Source: Gammaproteobacteria bacterium
GTDB taxonomy: Bacteria; Pseudomonadota; Gammaproteobacteria; Chromatiales; Chromatiaceae
Assembly (NCBI GenBank): GCA_015490795.1
Contig: WFXD01000005.1
Span: 4,690 to 68,689 of the forward strand
Reading direction: 5' to 3'
Length of the DNA stretch: 64,000 nucleotides
Under the pieces are notes generated by a model that saw nothing but the letters and a program-made list of their open reading frames with translations, was not told where the DNA came from and did not search any database. This document shows positions 30,509-40,020 of the stretch, piece after piece. How positions within the stretch are numbered: position 1 is the first letter of the stretch; the number at the start of each line of letters is the position of its first letter. Made by a program: the position numbers and the translations under genes.

Positions 30509-30671
30509 ATGGTTGTCTGCAAACAGGTTTTATTTTATCCAATGCTTCGGGGCACATTAGGCGGTGTTGAATGTCATACTCTCGAATGGCCGATCTGAAA
30601 CCAGGTGCTATTTGATGTAAACGATTGTATTTAGCGAATTATATACGCAAAATGCAGACTATACTTTATGC

Positions 30672-31178
30672 GTGCTTGTCGGAGGAGTAGTGAGATCTAT
30701 TAAACCAGTGGCCTTGTGGATGGCGGTTTGCCTTTTGTGGTTACAGACGTTGGCTCAGGCAGAGCCGGTCAGATTCAGCGCCGTCGATATCGATGGAAAA
30801 GAGCTCCACCTGAGCGATTACCGTGGCAAGTGGGTGCTGGTGAACTATTGGGCAACCTGGTGTGCGCCCTGTGTAAAAGAGATCCCCGAGCTTGAGGCGT
30901 TTCATAATAAACATAAAGAGAATAAAGCGGTGGTGCTGGGCTTGAACATGGAGAGCATCAAGCTGGATAAGCTGCGCCGTTTTTTAGAGGATAAAAAGGT
31001 TACCTACCCCATTGCTCAAGTGGATATGGCTGTCAATACCCCTTTTGGCATGGTATTTGGAATGCCAACCTCCTTTTTGATCAACCCGAAAGGTGAGGTT
31101 GCTGCCCGGGAGGTCGGTATCCTTTCGGCTGAATCGATTGAGAATTTTATTGAGCGGTCAGAGAGAGAACAGCGTTGA
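30672..31178 (+). CDS. Periplasmic TlpA/ResA-like thiol:disulfide oxidoreductase
   Basis: Signal peptide; WATWCAPCVKEIPEL active site. The start (GTG 30672) is uncertain. Confidence 0.85.
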   Translation: MLVGGVVRSIKPVALWMAVCLLWLQTLAQAEPVRFSAVDIDGKELHLSDYRGKWVLVNYWATWCAPCVKEIPELEAFHNKHKENKAVVLGLNMESIKLDKLRRFLEDKKVTYPIAQVDMAVNTPFGMVFGMPTSFLINPKGEVAAREVGILSAESIENFIERSEREQR

Positions 31179-31207
31179 ATTGGAAACCTGCCTGCGTGCA
31201 CAAATAA

Positions 31208-33004
31208 ATGACAAAAGATAACCAATTCGTAGAAGGCGGTGACCGAAAGCTGGATGTCAAAGAGCTGCTGCCCGCTTTGGTTGAAAGCGGCCTGCTATCG
31301 CATGAGGAGGCGGATAATGTTCAGCGGCTGCATGAGAGCATCGGTGGCGACAAGGTTCAGATTCACCCGCTGATCTGGCTGGCCGGACGGCACCTTAAAT
31401 CATCAGCGCCACCTCATGCAGAGCTGACGATAGAGCGGCTGACCGAGTGGCTGGCTGACCATGTCGGTCTGCCCTATCTGCGTATTGATCCGCTGAAGAT
31501 TGATGTGGATGCTGTTGGCGCTGTCGTATCCAAGGCCTATGCGGCGCGCTTCAGGATTCTTCCCGTCCATGTGGACGAAGATAAGGCCGTGTTTGCAACG
31601 GCAGAACCCTACATACGCGAATGGGAGCAGGAGTTAAGCCATGTGCTGGGCCGGGGTATTGAGCGGATAGTCTCCAACCCGCTGGATATTGCCCGGTATA
31701 TTGAGGAGTTTTTTGGCCTTAGCCAGTCCATGCGCAGAGCCAAGAAGATCGACACCGGCTTTGGCACCTCGATTGATGCGGTAGAGGCACTGGTTGAACT
31801 GGGCCGCTCCGGCAAGCTGGATGCCAATGACCGGCATATTGTCAGCATTGTTGACTGGCTGCTGCAATATGCGTTTGACCAGCGCGCCAGCGATATCCAT
31901 TTAGAGCCACGCCGGGAGACGGCGAATATCCGGTTCCGCATCGATGGCGTGCTGCACACCGTCTATGAGATGCCGGCAACCATCATGATGGCGGTGGTCA
32001 GCCGCATCAAGGCGCTGGGGCGGATGGATGTAGTGGATAAACGCCGCCCACAAGATGGCCGGGTCAAGACCAAAACCCCAAGCGGCCAGGAGGTGGAGCT
32101 GCGTCTCTCCACCATGCCCACCGCCTTCGGTGAAAAGATGGTGATGCGCATCTTCGATCCGCAGGTATTGGTGCGCAGCCTCTCCGAGCTGGGCTTCTCC
32201 AAGTCGGATGCCAGACACTGGAAAGAGATGACGGGGCACACCCACGGTATCATCCTGGTGACCGGCCCCACCGGGTCGGGCAAGACCACCACCCTCTACT
32301 CCACGCTCAAACAGCTGGCTCAGCCCGAGATCAATCTCTGCACCATTGAAGACCCGATTGAGATGGTGGAACCCGCATTCAACCAGATGCAGGTGCTGCC
32401 CGCCATCGGCCTGGACTTTGCGGCAGGGGTGCGAACCCTGATGCGGCAGGACCCCGATATTGTCATGGTGGGTGAGATCCGGGATCTGGAGACTGCCCAG
32501 ATGGCCATCCAGGCGGCGTTGACCGGGCATCTGGTGCTCTCGACACTGCACACCAATGATGCCTCATCCGCCGTTACGCGGCTGATGGATGTTGGCGTTG
32601 CCCCCTATCTGATTCGATCCACGGTTATTGGCGTGGTGGCACAGCGTCTGATACGCACCCTCTGTCCGCACTGCAAGGCAGAGGCGGAGGATGCTGAAGA
32701 TGCATGGGCGGCATTGACCCGCCCCTGGAAGCTGGCGCTGCCGCCCAAGGTCTATCGTCCCGTGGGATGCGTTGAGTGCCGCAAGACAGGCTACATGGGG
32801 CGCATGGGTATCTATGAGATACTGCGTATGACGCATGAGGCGCGTGCGCTGATTGATGTGGACTGCACCATTGAAAAGATTCGCAAGCAGGGGCTAAAAC
32901 AGGGTATGGAACCGTTGCGCATCAGTGGTGCGAGAAAGGTCTATGCCGGGCATACCTCTGTAGATGAGGTGATGCGGGTCGCCCCGCCGACGGATGAATT
33001 TTGA
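31208..33004 (+). CDS. GspE/PilB-family secretion ATPase (orphan; no other T2SS/T4P genes nearby)
   Basis: T2SSE_N-like N-domain (LPYLRIDPLKIDVDAV...). Walker A GPTGSGKTT; Asp/His boxes (MRQDPDIVMVGEIRD, TGHLVLSTLHTND); tetra-Cys CPHC...CVEC. Confidence 0.9.
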   Translation: MTKDNQFVEGGDRKLDVKELLPALVESGLLSHEEADNVQRLHESIGGDKVQIHPLIWLAGRHLKSSAPPHAELTIERLTEWLADHVGLPYLRIDPLKIDVDAVGAVVSKAYAARFRILPVHVDEDKAVFATAEPYIREWEQELSHVLGRGIERIVSNPLDIARYIEEFFGLSQSMRRAKKIDTGFGTSIDAVEALVELGRSGKLDANDRHIVSIVDWLLQYAFDQRASDIHLEPRRETANIRFRIDGVLHTVYEMPATIMMAVVSRIKALGRMDVVDKRRPQDGRVKTKTPSGQEVELRLSTMPTAFGEKMVMRIFDPQVLVRSLSELGFSKSDARHWKEMTGHTHGIILVTGPTGSGKTTTLYSTLKQLAQPEINLCTIEDPIEMVEPAFNQMQVLPAIGLDFAAGVRTLMRQDPDIVMVGEIRDLETAQMAIQAALTGHLVLSTLHTNDASSAVTRLMDVGVAPYLIRSTVIGVVAQRLIRTLCPHCKAEAEDAEDAWAALTRPWKLALPPKVYRPVGCVECRKTGYMGRMGIYEILRMTHEARALIDVDCTIEKIRKQGLKQGMEPLRISGARKVYAGHTSVDEVMRVAPPTDEF

Positions 33005-33062
33005 CCATACATATTAGGCTACTGTAACAACAGTTGTGTCTGATGGCAGAGAGGGAGGCTCG

Positions 33063-34766
33063 ATGTCGTTGCGATCCATTAACCGGCTGATCCAGCTTGG
33101 CTACCGTTTTGTCTACCGCTCAAAGGGGCGGTTTTACCTCTATCTGGCTTTTTTTTGCAGTATTCTGGTGGTGCTGGATGCCACCAGCTTCCATCTTGTT
33201 GCAGGCATGCAGCACCGCACCTTCGATATCATGATGAAAAACCGGATCATCTACCCCAAGGCGGACCCGGATATTGTCATCATAGATATCGATGAGGGCA
33301 GCCTGGAGGCGATGGCCGGGGATTACGGCCGCTGGCCCTGGCCCCGGCAGATATTTGCAGAGTTTGTAGAGAATCTGGAGGAGCAGCAGCCCAAGGCCAT
33401 CATCTTCGATATTCTGTTCAGTGACCCCGATGTCTACAACCAGGAGTCAGATGACTATTTCAATGAGGTCGCTGAATCCACAACCAATACCTTCTTTCCG
33501 ATGCTTCGGCTCAACCCCCAAAATGATAACCTCAGCCAGGTCACGCCAGCCATGATACCTGGCATGGGGCGTATCCCCGGCGAGCCACAGCAGGATCGAG
33601 GGCTGGCGGTTATTCTCCCCCATTTTCCGGCAGTGGTGGCAAGTGGGCGGATAGGCACCAACAACATCTACCCGGACAGCGATGGCATTGTGCGCCGGTA
33701 CGCACTCTACCGGCCACACTTTGGGTGGCGTATCCCCTCACTTCCAGCCCGGACGGCAGAGGTGCTTGGCTGGGAGCTGCCGGATGAGCAGGATGTGCTG
33801 CTGAATTGGCGTGGCCGCCTGGGGGCATTCAACACTGTTTGCTTTAGCACCGTGTATGAAGATTTTCTCAGTCGGAAGCGGCAGCGCCCGCAAGACGAGT
33901 TCACGGGTAAAGTGGTCATCATCGGCTCCAGCGCGCCCAGCCTGTTCGATACCAAGCCCACCCCGATGGAGCGTATCCATCCAGGCGTGGAGGTGCTGGC
34001 CACAGCCGTGGATAACCTTAAAAATGGTGATTGGATCACCTCGCTCTCCAGCCCCTGGATTTACGCTACCGTGGCGCTCAGCCTGATCTGGCTGGTGGCG
34101 CTGGCCTTCCTGACCGGCATCAAGCGCACCCTGATTGATGGCGTATTTGCCGGTTCCCAGGTGGGGCTGGTGGCGGTTTCGTATGCCAGCCTGAACCTCT
34201 CCACCTATTTTATCGACCTGACAGCGCCGATAACGGCGGGCTTTGTCTACTTTACGCTGGCGCGGGTCTACGCCTACGCCGAGGTGGCGCTGGCTGAACG
34301 CCGTGTCTGGCTAACCCTGGAAAGCGATGCCAAAGGGTGGCAAAACACCCTGGTGGTCGTCTTGCTTGGAAAGGAGGGTGCGCTATCGGAAAGCAAGGTG
34401 ATTACGGGGTTAAAGCGGCGACTCAACGCCAGAAAAGAGGGCTTTACCATTGAGGCATTTCCTGACAAGCCGGCAGGGATAGGGCGCGCCTATGGTGATC
34501 TGCTGCTGATCTATTATGTTGATAGTGAAGTCAGAGAAAAAACATCGCCAGAACAGATGGCTACAGAGCCGTTTCTGGAGATGATCAAGGAGGAGGCGAC
34601 AGCAGTTTGCGGTGCCATGCCGCCGCTGGGGTATAGCCAGGGCGCCATGCCGTATGGTGATGAGCATGGGCGAATAGAGGTGTGGCGCAGGCTGGTGCAT
34701 CAAGCCATTCACAGCCTGCATTGTGATGAAGGTGGGCGGGTGTTTGATGACAGGGGGGGTAGATAA
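33063..34766 (+). CDS. CHASE2 sensor-domain membrane protein without a recognisable output domain
   Basis: GAGGGAGG upstream of the ATG at 33063. DIVIIDIDEGSLEAMAGDYGRWPWPRQIF...IIFDILFSDPD is the CHASE2 signature. C-terminal TM cluster plus an unassigned cytoplasmic tail of about 170 aa. Confidence 0.85.
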   Translation: MSLRSINRLIQLGYRFVYRSKGRFYLYLAFFCSILVVLDATSFHLVAGMQHRTFDIMMKNRIIYPKADPDIVIIDIDEGSLEAMAGDYGRWPWPRQIFAEFVENLEEQQPKAIIFDILFSDPDVYNQESDDYFNEVAESTTNTFFPMLRLNPQNDNLSQVTPAMIPGMGRIPGEPQQDRGLAVILPHFPAVVASGRIGTNNIYPDSDGIVRRYALYRPHFGWRIPSLPARTAEVLGWELPDEQDVLLNWRGRLGAFNTVCFSTVYEDFLSRKRQRPQDEFTGKVVIIGSSAPSLFDTKPTPMERIHPGVEVLATAVDNLKNGDWITSLSSPWIYATVALSLIWLVALAFLTGIKRTLIDGVFAGSQVGLVAVSYASLNLSTYFIDLTAPITAGFVYFTLARVYAYAEVALAERRVWLTLESDAKGWQNTLVVVLLGKEGALSESKVITGLKRRLNARKEGFTIEAFPDKPAGIGRAYGDLLLIYYVDSEVREKTSPEQMATEPFLEMIKEEATAVCGAMPPLGYSQGAMPYGDEHGRIEVWRRLVHQAIHSLHCDEGGRVFDDRGGR

Positions 34767-35272
34767 TGAGAGTGATTCAATGGTTGATCTGCATCTTTTT
34801 AATGGTTGCTGCCGCACCACTGCTTGCGGAACCGGGGCATATCATTCGCCCCAGTGACCTGATGGATGAACCCTACCGGGATGCGGCCCCGCTGGCTGAG
34901 CTAAAGGCGGGCGACCCTGTAGAGATCATCAAGCGCAAGGGTGGTTGGCTGAAGGTCAAAAGTGCAGGCCGGACGGGTTGGGTCAGGATGTCTAAAATCC
35001 GCAAAGGCAAAGCGACTGCGAAACCGGCCTCAGGCAGTGAGGCAAAGGGGGTGTTGGATCTGGCCAGTGGCCGTTCGGGCACCGGCAATGTGGTTTCAGC
35101 CACCGGGGTAAGAGGGCTGAGCGAAGCAGAGCTGAAAGAGGCAAAATTCAGCGCCAGCGAGGTGGACAAGCTGGAATCCTTTACCGTTTCCGGGCAGCAG
35201 GCAGCCCGCTTTGCGCAAGCAGAAAAGCTGGTTGCAAAAGAGCTTGAATTTATCCCGGCGGCAGAGAGATAG
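34766..35272 (+). CDS. Secreted bacterial SH3-domain protein
   Basis: TAATG overlap with the CHASE2 gene. Signal peptide; LKAGDPVEIIKRKGGWLKVKSAGRTGWVRMS is an SH3b-like fold motif. Confidence 0.7.
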   Translation: MRVIQWLICIFLMVAAAPLLAEPGHIIRPSDLMDEPYRDAAPLAELKAGDPVEIIKRKGGWLKVKSAGRTGWVRMSKIRKGKATAKPASGSEAKGVLDLASGRSGTGNVVSATGVRGLSEAELKEAKFSASEVDKLESFTVSGQQAARFAQAEKLVAKELEFIPAAER

Positions 35273-35282
35273 GAGAGAGGCC

Positions 35283-36356
35283 ATGAGATTTAAACTGCTG
35301 TTAGCCCTGTTGCTGATAACAGGGACACCGCCTGCATACGCCTTTGATTTTGGCGGGTTGATCAAAGAGGCCACAAAGGAGCCTGAGCCGGTTTCGGGCA
35401 AAACCCCGCAGCAGGGCCAGCAGCCGGGTTTGATGGGGCTGTTGGGAGGAACTCCGGTAGAGGAGGAGATCGCCATTGGGCGTGAAATTGCAGGCCGGCT
35501 ACTGGGCGCTGCCCCGCTGGTAGATGACAAGCAGCTGCAACGTTACATCAACCATGTCGGTGCCTGGGTGGCCAGACAGAGTGGCCGCAATGACCTCAAA
35601 TGGTATTTTGGGGTGATTGAGTCTGATGACATCAACGCCTTTGCAGCGCCAGGCGGTTATATTCTGGTCACCAAAGGGCTGTATAAAAGGCTGCGTAACG
35701 AGGCGGAGCTGGCAGGTGTTCTGGCGCATGAGATCGGCCATGTTATCAAGCAACACCACCTGAAGATATTGAAGCAGGGGCAGTTGATTGATATGGGTGG
35801 CAGCCTTCTGAAACAGAAGGTGGGCGGTGGTGGAAAAGGCCAGGCGATTGGCAGGATGATCGGCAGTGGTGCTGAAATTCTGGCGCGGGGCCTGGATAAA
35901 AATGCCGAATATGAGGCGGATCGCATCGGTGTGGTACTGGCTGCAAGAGCAGGATATGACGCCTATGCCCTCCCCTCAGTGCTACAGGAGATCGGCCACC
36001 TGAGCGCGGATGACAACACGGTTTCGCTGCTGTTTAAAACGCATCCACACCCGGAAAAAAGGCTGCTGGAGCTGGGTGATGCCATGGATGCCCATGCCGA
36101 CCGATTCGAAGATGGCAAAATAGTTGCAGACAGATTTTACCGATTGGGGAAGGAGAAAAACCCCAGTGATGCGCGGCTACCCGGCTTTTTGTTGAGCGAT
36201 TTTTTTCAGGTGCCATACAGCGATAGCCATCCATGCGACATTGAGCATCAATGCACCCATTGCGCCCATGAACAGGGTGTTGATGCCAACCAGAAACGCC
36301 CCCGCCAGGTTGTATATATGGTAGGCAGCCGAGGTGTTGGTAAACCTCCCTTTTGA
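35283..36356 (+). CDS. Periplasmic M48-family zinc metallopeptidase
   Basis: Start MRFKLLLALLLITGTPPAYA with GGAGAG upstream. HEIGH zinc motif, EYEADRIG third ligand region. The last 60 codons or so overlap an antisense membrane-protein gene. Confidence 0.85.
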   Translation: MRFKLLLALLLITGTPPAYAFDFGGLIKEATKEPEPVSGKTPQQGQQPGLMGLLGGTPVEEEIAIGREIAGRLLGAAPLVDDKQLQRYINHVGAWVARQSGRNDLKWYFGVIESDDINAFAAPGGYILVTKGLYKRLRNEAELAGVLAHEIGHVIKQHHLKILKQGQLIDMGGSLLKQKVGGGGKGQAIGRMIGSGAEILARGLDKNAEYEADRIGVVLAARAGYDAYALPSVLQEIGHLSADDNTVSLLFKTHPHPEKRLLELGDAMDAHADRFEDGKIVADRFYRLGKEKNPSDARLPGFLLSDFFQVPYSDSHPCDIEHQCTHCAHEQGVDANQKRPRQVVYMVGSRGVGKPPF

Positions 36357-36434
36357 AATCATGGCGTAGGCATACAACAGTATTATAGCGCCAGCTATCC
36401 CGGCTATTTGCGAGGCAGACTCGATGGTAATCAT
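36177..36434 (-). CDS. Small 3-TM membrane protein, unknown function
   Basis: 85 aa with clean hydrophobic segments (IAGIAGAIILLYAYAMI, LAGAFLVGINTLFMGAMGALMLNVAWMAIAVW). In tandem with the next small membrane ORF. Confidence 0.55.
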   Translation of the reverse strand: MITIESASQIAGIAGAIILLYAYAMISKGRFTNTSAAYHIYNLAGAFLVGINTLFMGAMGALMLNVAWMAIAVWHLKKIAQQKAG

Positions 36435-36446
36435 GGCTTGCTCCCG

Positions 36447-36764
36447 CTACGGCTTCAACTGCTCTTTATCAGGTTGAAAGAGATTGCGCAGTGCAACGCC
36501 AATGCCGATGATCCCCGAGAAGATGGCAGAGTAGCCAATGGCCATCAGTGATAGATTAAAATTCCACTCCTCCAGCAGAAGCAGGCTGATAGTACTGACT
36601 TGCATCATCTTGCCCACAGCAACGCCTGCGGCTACAAATCCTGTTCCAAATGCCAGATAGACAAATGAGATGCCTGTAGAGGGTATGTCGTAGCGCACTA
36701 TAAAGACGCCTGCCGATATAAGCGTCACCGCGATACCGAGTAGTTGATGAAGTAGATCGTTCAT
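36447..36764 (-). CDS. Small 3-TM membrane protein, unknown function
   Basis: 105 aa, hydrophobic, 12 nt upstream of the 36434 ORF. Confidence 0.55.
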   Translation of the reverse strand: MNDLLHQLLGIAVTLISAGVFIVRYDIPSTGISFVYLAFGTGFVAAGVAVGKMMQVSTISLLLLEEWNFNLSLMAIGYSAIFSGIIGIGVALRNLFQPDKEQLKP

Positions 36765-36946
36765 TTTTCACGATTCATGTCAGCGGATACAGACCTGTTC
36801 GCCCCTTGTGGAACTTGAGTGGGCTGCTCCAGAAATATTCCCGGTTTGGTGTAGTATACTGCGCGATTAACGGTTTGTATCCGCAGTAGGTACAACTGAT
36901 TTTTTTTAGGTTCATCTGATTAGTGTCCCTGTGGAGGTTATATAGC

Positions 36947-37648
36947 GTGCGTTGGATCAATAGAGGCGTCGTGCTGCTGCTGGGGTTTGTCATCACCACA
37001 GCAAGCTGGGGCCTTGAGTGGAACCAGGAGGGTGGAGAAAAAGAGCGGGCATTGACACTAAAACCCAACTACAACCGCGGGCTGGAGTTCTACCGCATCT
37101 GTGCAAAATGCCACAACAAGCAAGGTTGGGGGCGGCGTGATGGGTCATTTCCACAGATATCGGGTCAGCACTACAATGTCCTGATCAAGCAGCTTGTGGA
37201 TATGCGCGAAAACAACCGCGAAAATCCCTCCATGCAGCACTTTGTGATGCCTGAAGTGCTGGGCGATGCCCAGGCGCTGGCCGATCTCTCCTACTACATC
37301 TCCAAACTGCCCATGACCCCGGCAAACGGAAAGGGGCGGGGCAAGAACCTGGAGCGTGGTCAGGATATCTACATGGAGAAGTGCATTGGCTGTCATGGTG
37401 ACAACGGTGAAGGTGATAATGAGAAATTTTTCCCGCGCATCCATGGGCAGCACTACCGCTATATGCTGCGCCAGTTTAAATGGATAAGGGCCGGGGAGCG
37501 GCTCAATGCACATCCGGATATGCAGATTCGGATCGAGGACTTTACGCTAGAGGACTCCAAGGCAGTGGTTGACTATATTTCACGTCTGAAACCGCCAAAA
37601 GAGATTGTGGCGCCCTCAAGAAAGTGGAGAAACCCTGATTTTGAATAG
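36947..37648 (+). CDS. Dihaem cytochrome c4-type protein
   Basis: GGAGG 9 nt upstream of GTG 36947 (alternative start 36923). CAKCH and CIGCH motifs, each followed by a PxIxGQHY c4-type segment (FPQISGQHY, FPRIHGQHY). Confidence 0.85.
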   Translation: MRWINRGVVLLLGFVITTASWGLEWNQEGGEKERALTLKPNYNRGLEFYRICAKCHNKQGWGRRDGSFPQISGQHYNVLIKQLVDMRENNRENPSMQHFVMPEVLGDAQALADLSYYISKLPMTPANGKGRGKNLERGQDIYMEKCIGCHGDNGEGDNEKFFPRIHGQHYRYMLRQFKWIRAGERLNAHPDMQIRIEDFTLEDSKAVVDYISRLKPPKEIVAPSRKWRNPDFE

Positions 37649-37908
37649 CGCGCCTGAAACGCTTGCCATGTATGGACAAAGGTAGTGGATGAGCGCAAAA
37701 GCGGACGGTTTTGTTTCAGCCATATTGCACTCCCCGGTTTTGGCATATAAACACTTATAAAGTTTAGGTTATACTTGCCAGCTCCCAAGACGAGACAAAA
37801 ACCAGGTTGTGACGGGGCTGTAGTCCATGGGCAGGTTTGGATATTATACCAGCCGTGCAGGCGCCCTCTGAAATTTGCTGCGACGCTCTCTTAACCACCA
37901 AGAAGACA

Positions 37909-39063
37909 ATGAAGACCCAGATTGCCAACTGTTTGAAAATGAGCCTGAAAGCGCTCTCTTTTGCGCTGTTTTTGCCTCTCAATGGTGCCGTGGCAGAGGA
38001 GGCTGCCTGGCCCATGTTCCTGCTCAACCCGCAGCACGATGCCCAGCCTGCCTCCACTCTTGCGCCGCCACTGGAGCTGCTGTGGGAGTTTGACGCAGGC
38101 GATCTGCTCTACGCCTCTCCCGCTGTCGCCTCTGGCAAGGTCTTTATCGGTTCGCTCTCCGGTGCATTCTATGCGGTGGATCAAGAGACAGGCGAGCCAG
38201 TGTGGAGTTTTGAAACCGCTGACGAGATCACATCCTCCGCTGCTGTTGACAATGGCAAGGTCTACTTTGGTGGCAAGGATGGCACCCTCTACTGTCTGGA
38301 TGCCGCCACAGGTGAACTGATCTGGGAGTACAAGACCCAGGGCAAAATCGTCAACTCCCCTGCGCTGGTGGATGGCGTGGTCTACTTTGGCTCGAATGAT
38401 ATGAGCATCTACGCCATTAGCGCAGAAGATGGCGGCTTTATCTGGTCGACCCCTCTGGCTGAAAAACCCACCAGCTCACGAGGCATTTACGCCTCCCCCA
38501 CCATTGGCCACGGGCTGGTCTATGTAACGCGCAAGGCCTTCAAGGTCTATGCGCTGGATATCAGGGATGGACATATCGTATGGGAGTTCAGAACCCGCTC
38601 AGCCAACTATGCCTCGCCTGTGCTCAGCGGTAACACCCTCTACATTGGTGGCTATGATCGCAACCTGTATGCGCTGGATGCCAAGAGCGGAAAAACGAAA
38701 TGGCAGGCCACCGTAGATGAGTGGATCTATGCCTCGCCCATCCCCTTTCAGGATGGCGTACTGGTGAGCGCCAAAGATGGCGTGCTGACCTCATTCGATA
38801 GCGCCACGGGCAAGCTGCGCTGGTCGCAGGATCTGCGCGCCCCCATCAGCTCGACCCCGGCAGTAACCCGAAGCGGCATCGCCTTTGTGGCCAACGAATA
38901 TGGTGAACTGACTGCAATTGACGTGAAAAATGGCCAGCCTGTTTGGCAGGAGACACTGCCCGATGACGGGTTCCACTCCTCCCCGGCCATCGTGGGCGAC
39001 CGACTCTATATTGGCACCATGAATGGCTACCTGATGGCCTGGGAGCAGAGACAGATACCATGA
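37909..39063 (+). CDS. Secreted PQQ-like (BamB-like) beta-propeller repeat protein
   Basis: Signal peptide. Repeats of the type GKVFIGSLSGAFYAVDQETGEPVWSF / GKVYFGGKDGTLYCLDAATGELIWEY / NTLYIGGYDRNLYALDAKSGKTKWQ. Confidence 0.85.
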   Translation: MKTQIANCLKMSLKALSFALFLPLNGAVAEEAAWPMFLLNPQHDAQPASTLAPPLELLWEFDAGDLLYASPAVASGKVFIGSLSGAFYAVDQETGEPVWSFETADEITSSAAVDNGKVYFGGKDGTLYCLDAATGELIWEYKTQGKIVNSPALVDGVVYFGSNDMSIYAISAEDGGFIWSTPLAEKPTSSRGIYASPTIGHGLVYVTRKAFKVYALDIRDGHIVWEFRTRSANYASPVLSGNTLYIGGYDRNLYALDAKSGKTKWQATVDEWIYASPIPFQDGVLVSAKDGVLTSFDSATGKLRWSQDLRAPISSTPAVTRSGIAFVANEYGELTAIDVKNGQPVWQETLPDDGFHSSPAIVGDRLYIGTMNGYLMAWEQRQIP

Positions 39064-40013
39064 ACAGTAGCGTGTTGAGCTTTTTGCTGGGGCTGTTGCT
39101 CACCTTTGGTGCGGCGGCACAGGTAGTGGCCGAAGAGGATCTGAATATGAATCCTCACTGGTCCAAAACCAAAGACAAGTGCCTTGCATGCCACGAACAT
39201 ATTCCAGAGAGAGGCGGCCAGTTAAATCTCCGTTATGACGGCGATATAAACAGGCTCTGCAACCACTGCCACTCCGAGATATCCAAAGACAAGTATATCC
39301 ATGCCAGTGGCATGATTGCCCCGCAGACGATGGTGGACAAGATGCCAGAGGAGTTTCGCTCCGGGCTGGATGATGAGGGCCGCATCACCTGTGCAGTCTG
39401 CCATGACATGACCTACCAGTGCCTCAGTGAAGAGTTCGGGCGCAAAAAAGAGAACATCCTGTTCCACCGGGGGGCACCCTTTGAAAAACGAACCGACCTC
39501 TGTTACAACTGCCATGAGCCCTCTGCATATAAAAAGATGAATCCGCATGACCAGATTAACGATGAGGGAGAGCTGGACACCGACATCTGCACCTACTGCC
39601 ATGCCATCCTGCCTGACCGCCGAAAGGCTAAAAGCATTGCAGATGTTGAATTCAAATTTGATAATTTCGACATGCTCTGTCTACGCTGCCATACAGATGA
39701 TGCCTATGCCGTGGGCTGTGTGATTGGCTATGAAAAAGATGGCAGCCCCAGATACCATGCAGGGCGGCCCGATGAAGGGATGTCGGGCCGGATTGAGGCA
39801 AACCAGGGGGGAGCCATCCTGCCGCTGGATCTTGTCACGGGCAAAATCTTCTGCGGCACCTGTCACAACCCGCATGAGCTTGGGGTGCAGCGGCGCAGCG
39901 AAGCTGATGCGGGCGCCGACTCCCACAAGCGTTTGAGAATCAGCCAGATAAACTCGGGGATCTGCCTTGGCTGCCATGATGCCAAAGAGATCAAACAGTT
40001 CCACCTGCCATAG
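39060..40013 (+). CDS. Octahaem c-type cytochrome, secreted
   Basis: ATGA overlap with the propeller gene. Signal peptide. Eight CXXCH: CLACH, CNHCH, CAVCH, CYNCH, CTYCH, CLRCH, CGTCH, CLGCH. Confidence 0.9.
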   Translation: MNSSVLSFLLGLLLTFGAAAQVVAEEDLNMNPHWSKTKDKCLACHEHIPERGGQLNLRYDGDINRLCNHCHSEISKDKYIHASGMIAPQTMVDKMPEEFRSGLDDEGRITCAVCHDMTYQCLSEEFGRKKENILFHRGAPFEKRTDLCYNCHEPSAYKKMNPHDQINDEGELDTDICTYCHAILPDRRKAKSIADVEFKFDNFDMLCLRCHTDDAYAVGCVIGYEKDGSPRYHAGRPDEGMSGRIEANQGGAILPLDLVTGKIFCGTCHNPHELGVQRRSEADAGADSHKRLRISQINSGICLGCHDAKEIKQFHLP

Positions 40014-40020
40014 ACCGTCC

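Noticed and set aside
36775-37068. 97-aa minus-strand ORF, or its 46-aa internal version starting at 36915 (MNLKKISCTYCGYKP...), upstream of the two small membrane-protein genes
   Set aside because: The long form overlaps the dihaem cytochrome start. The short form has only a weak ribosome-binding site, leaves about 30 nt for two divergent promoters, and has no recognisable motif beyond a single CxxC. Not supportable without conservation data.
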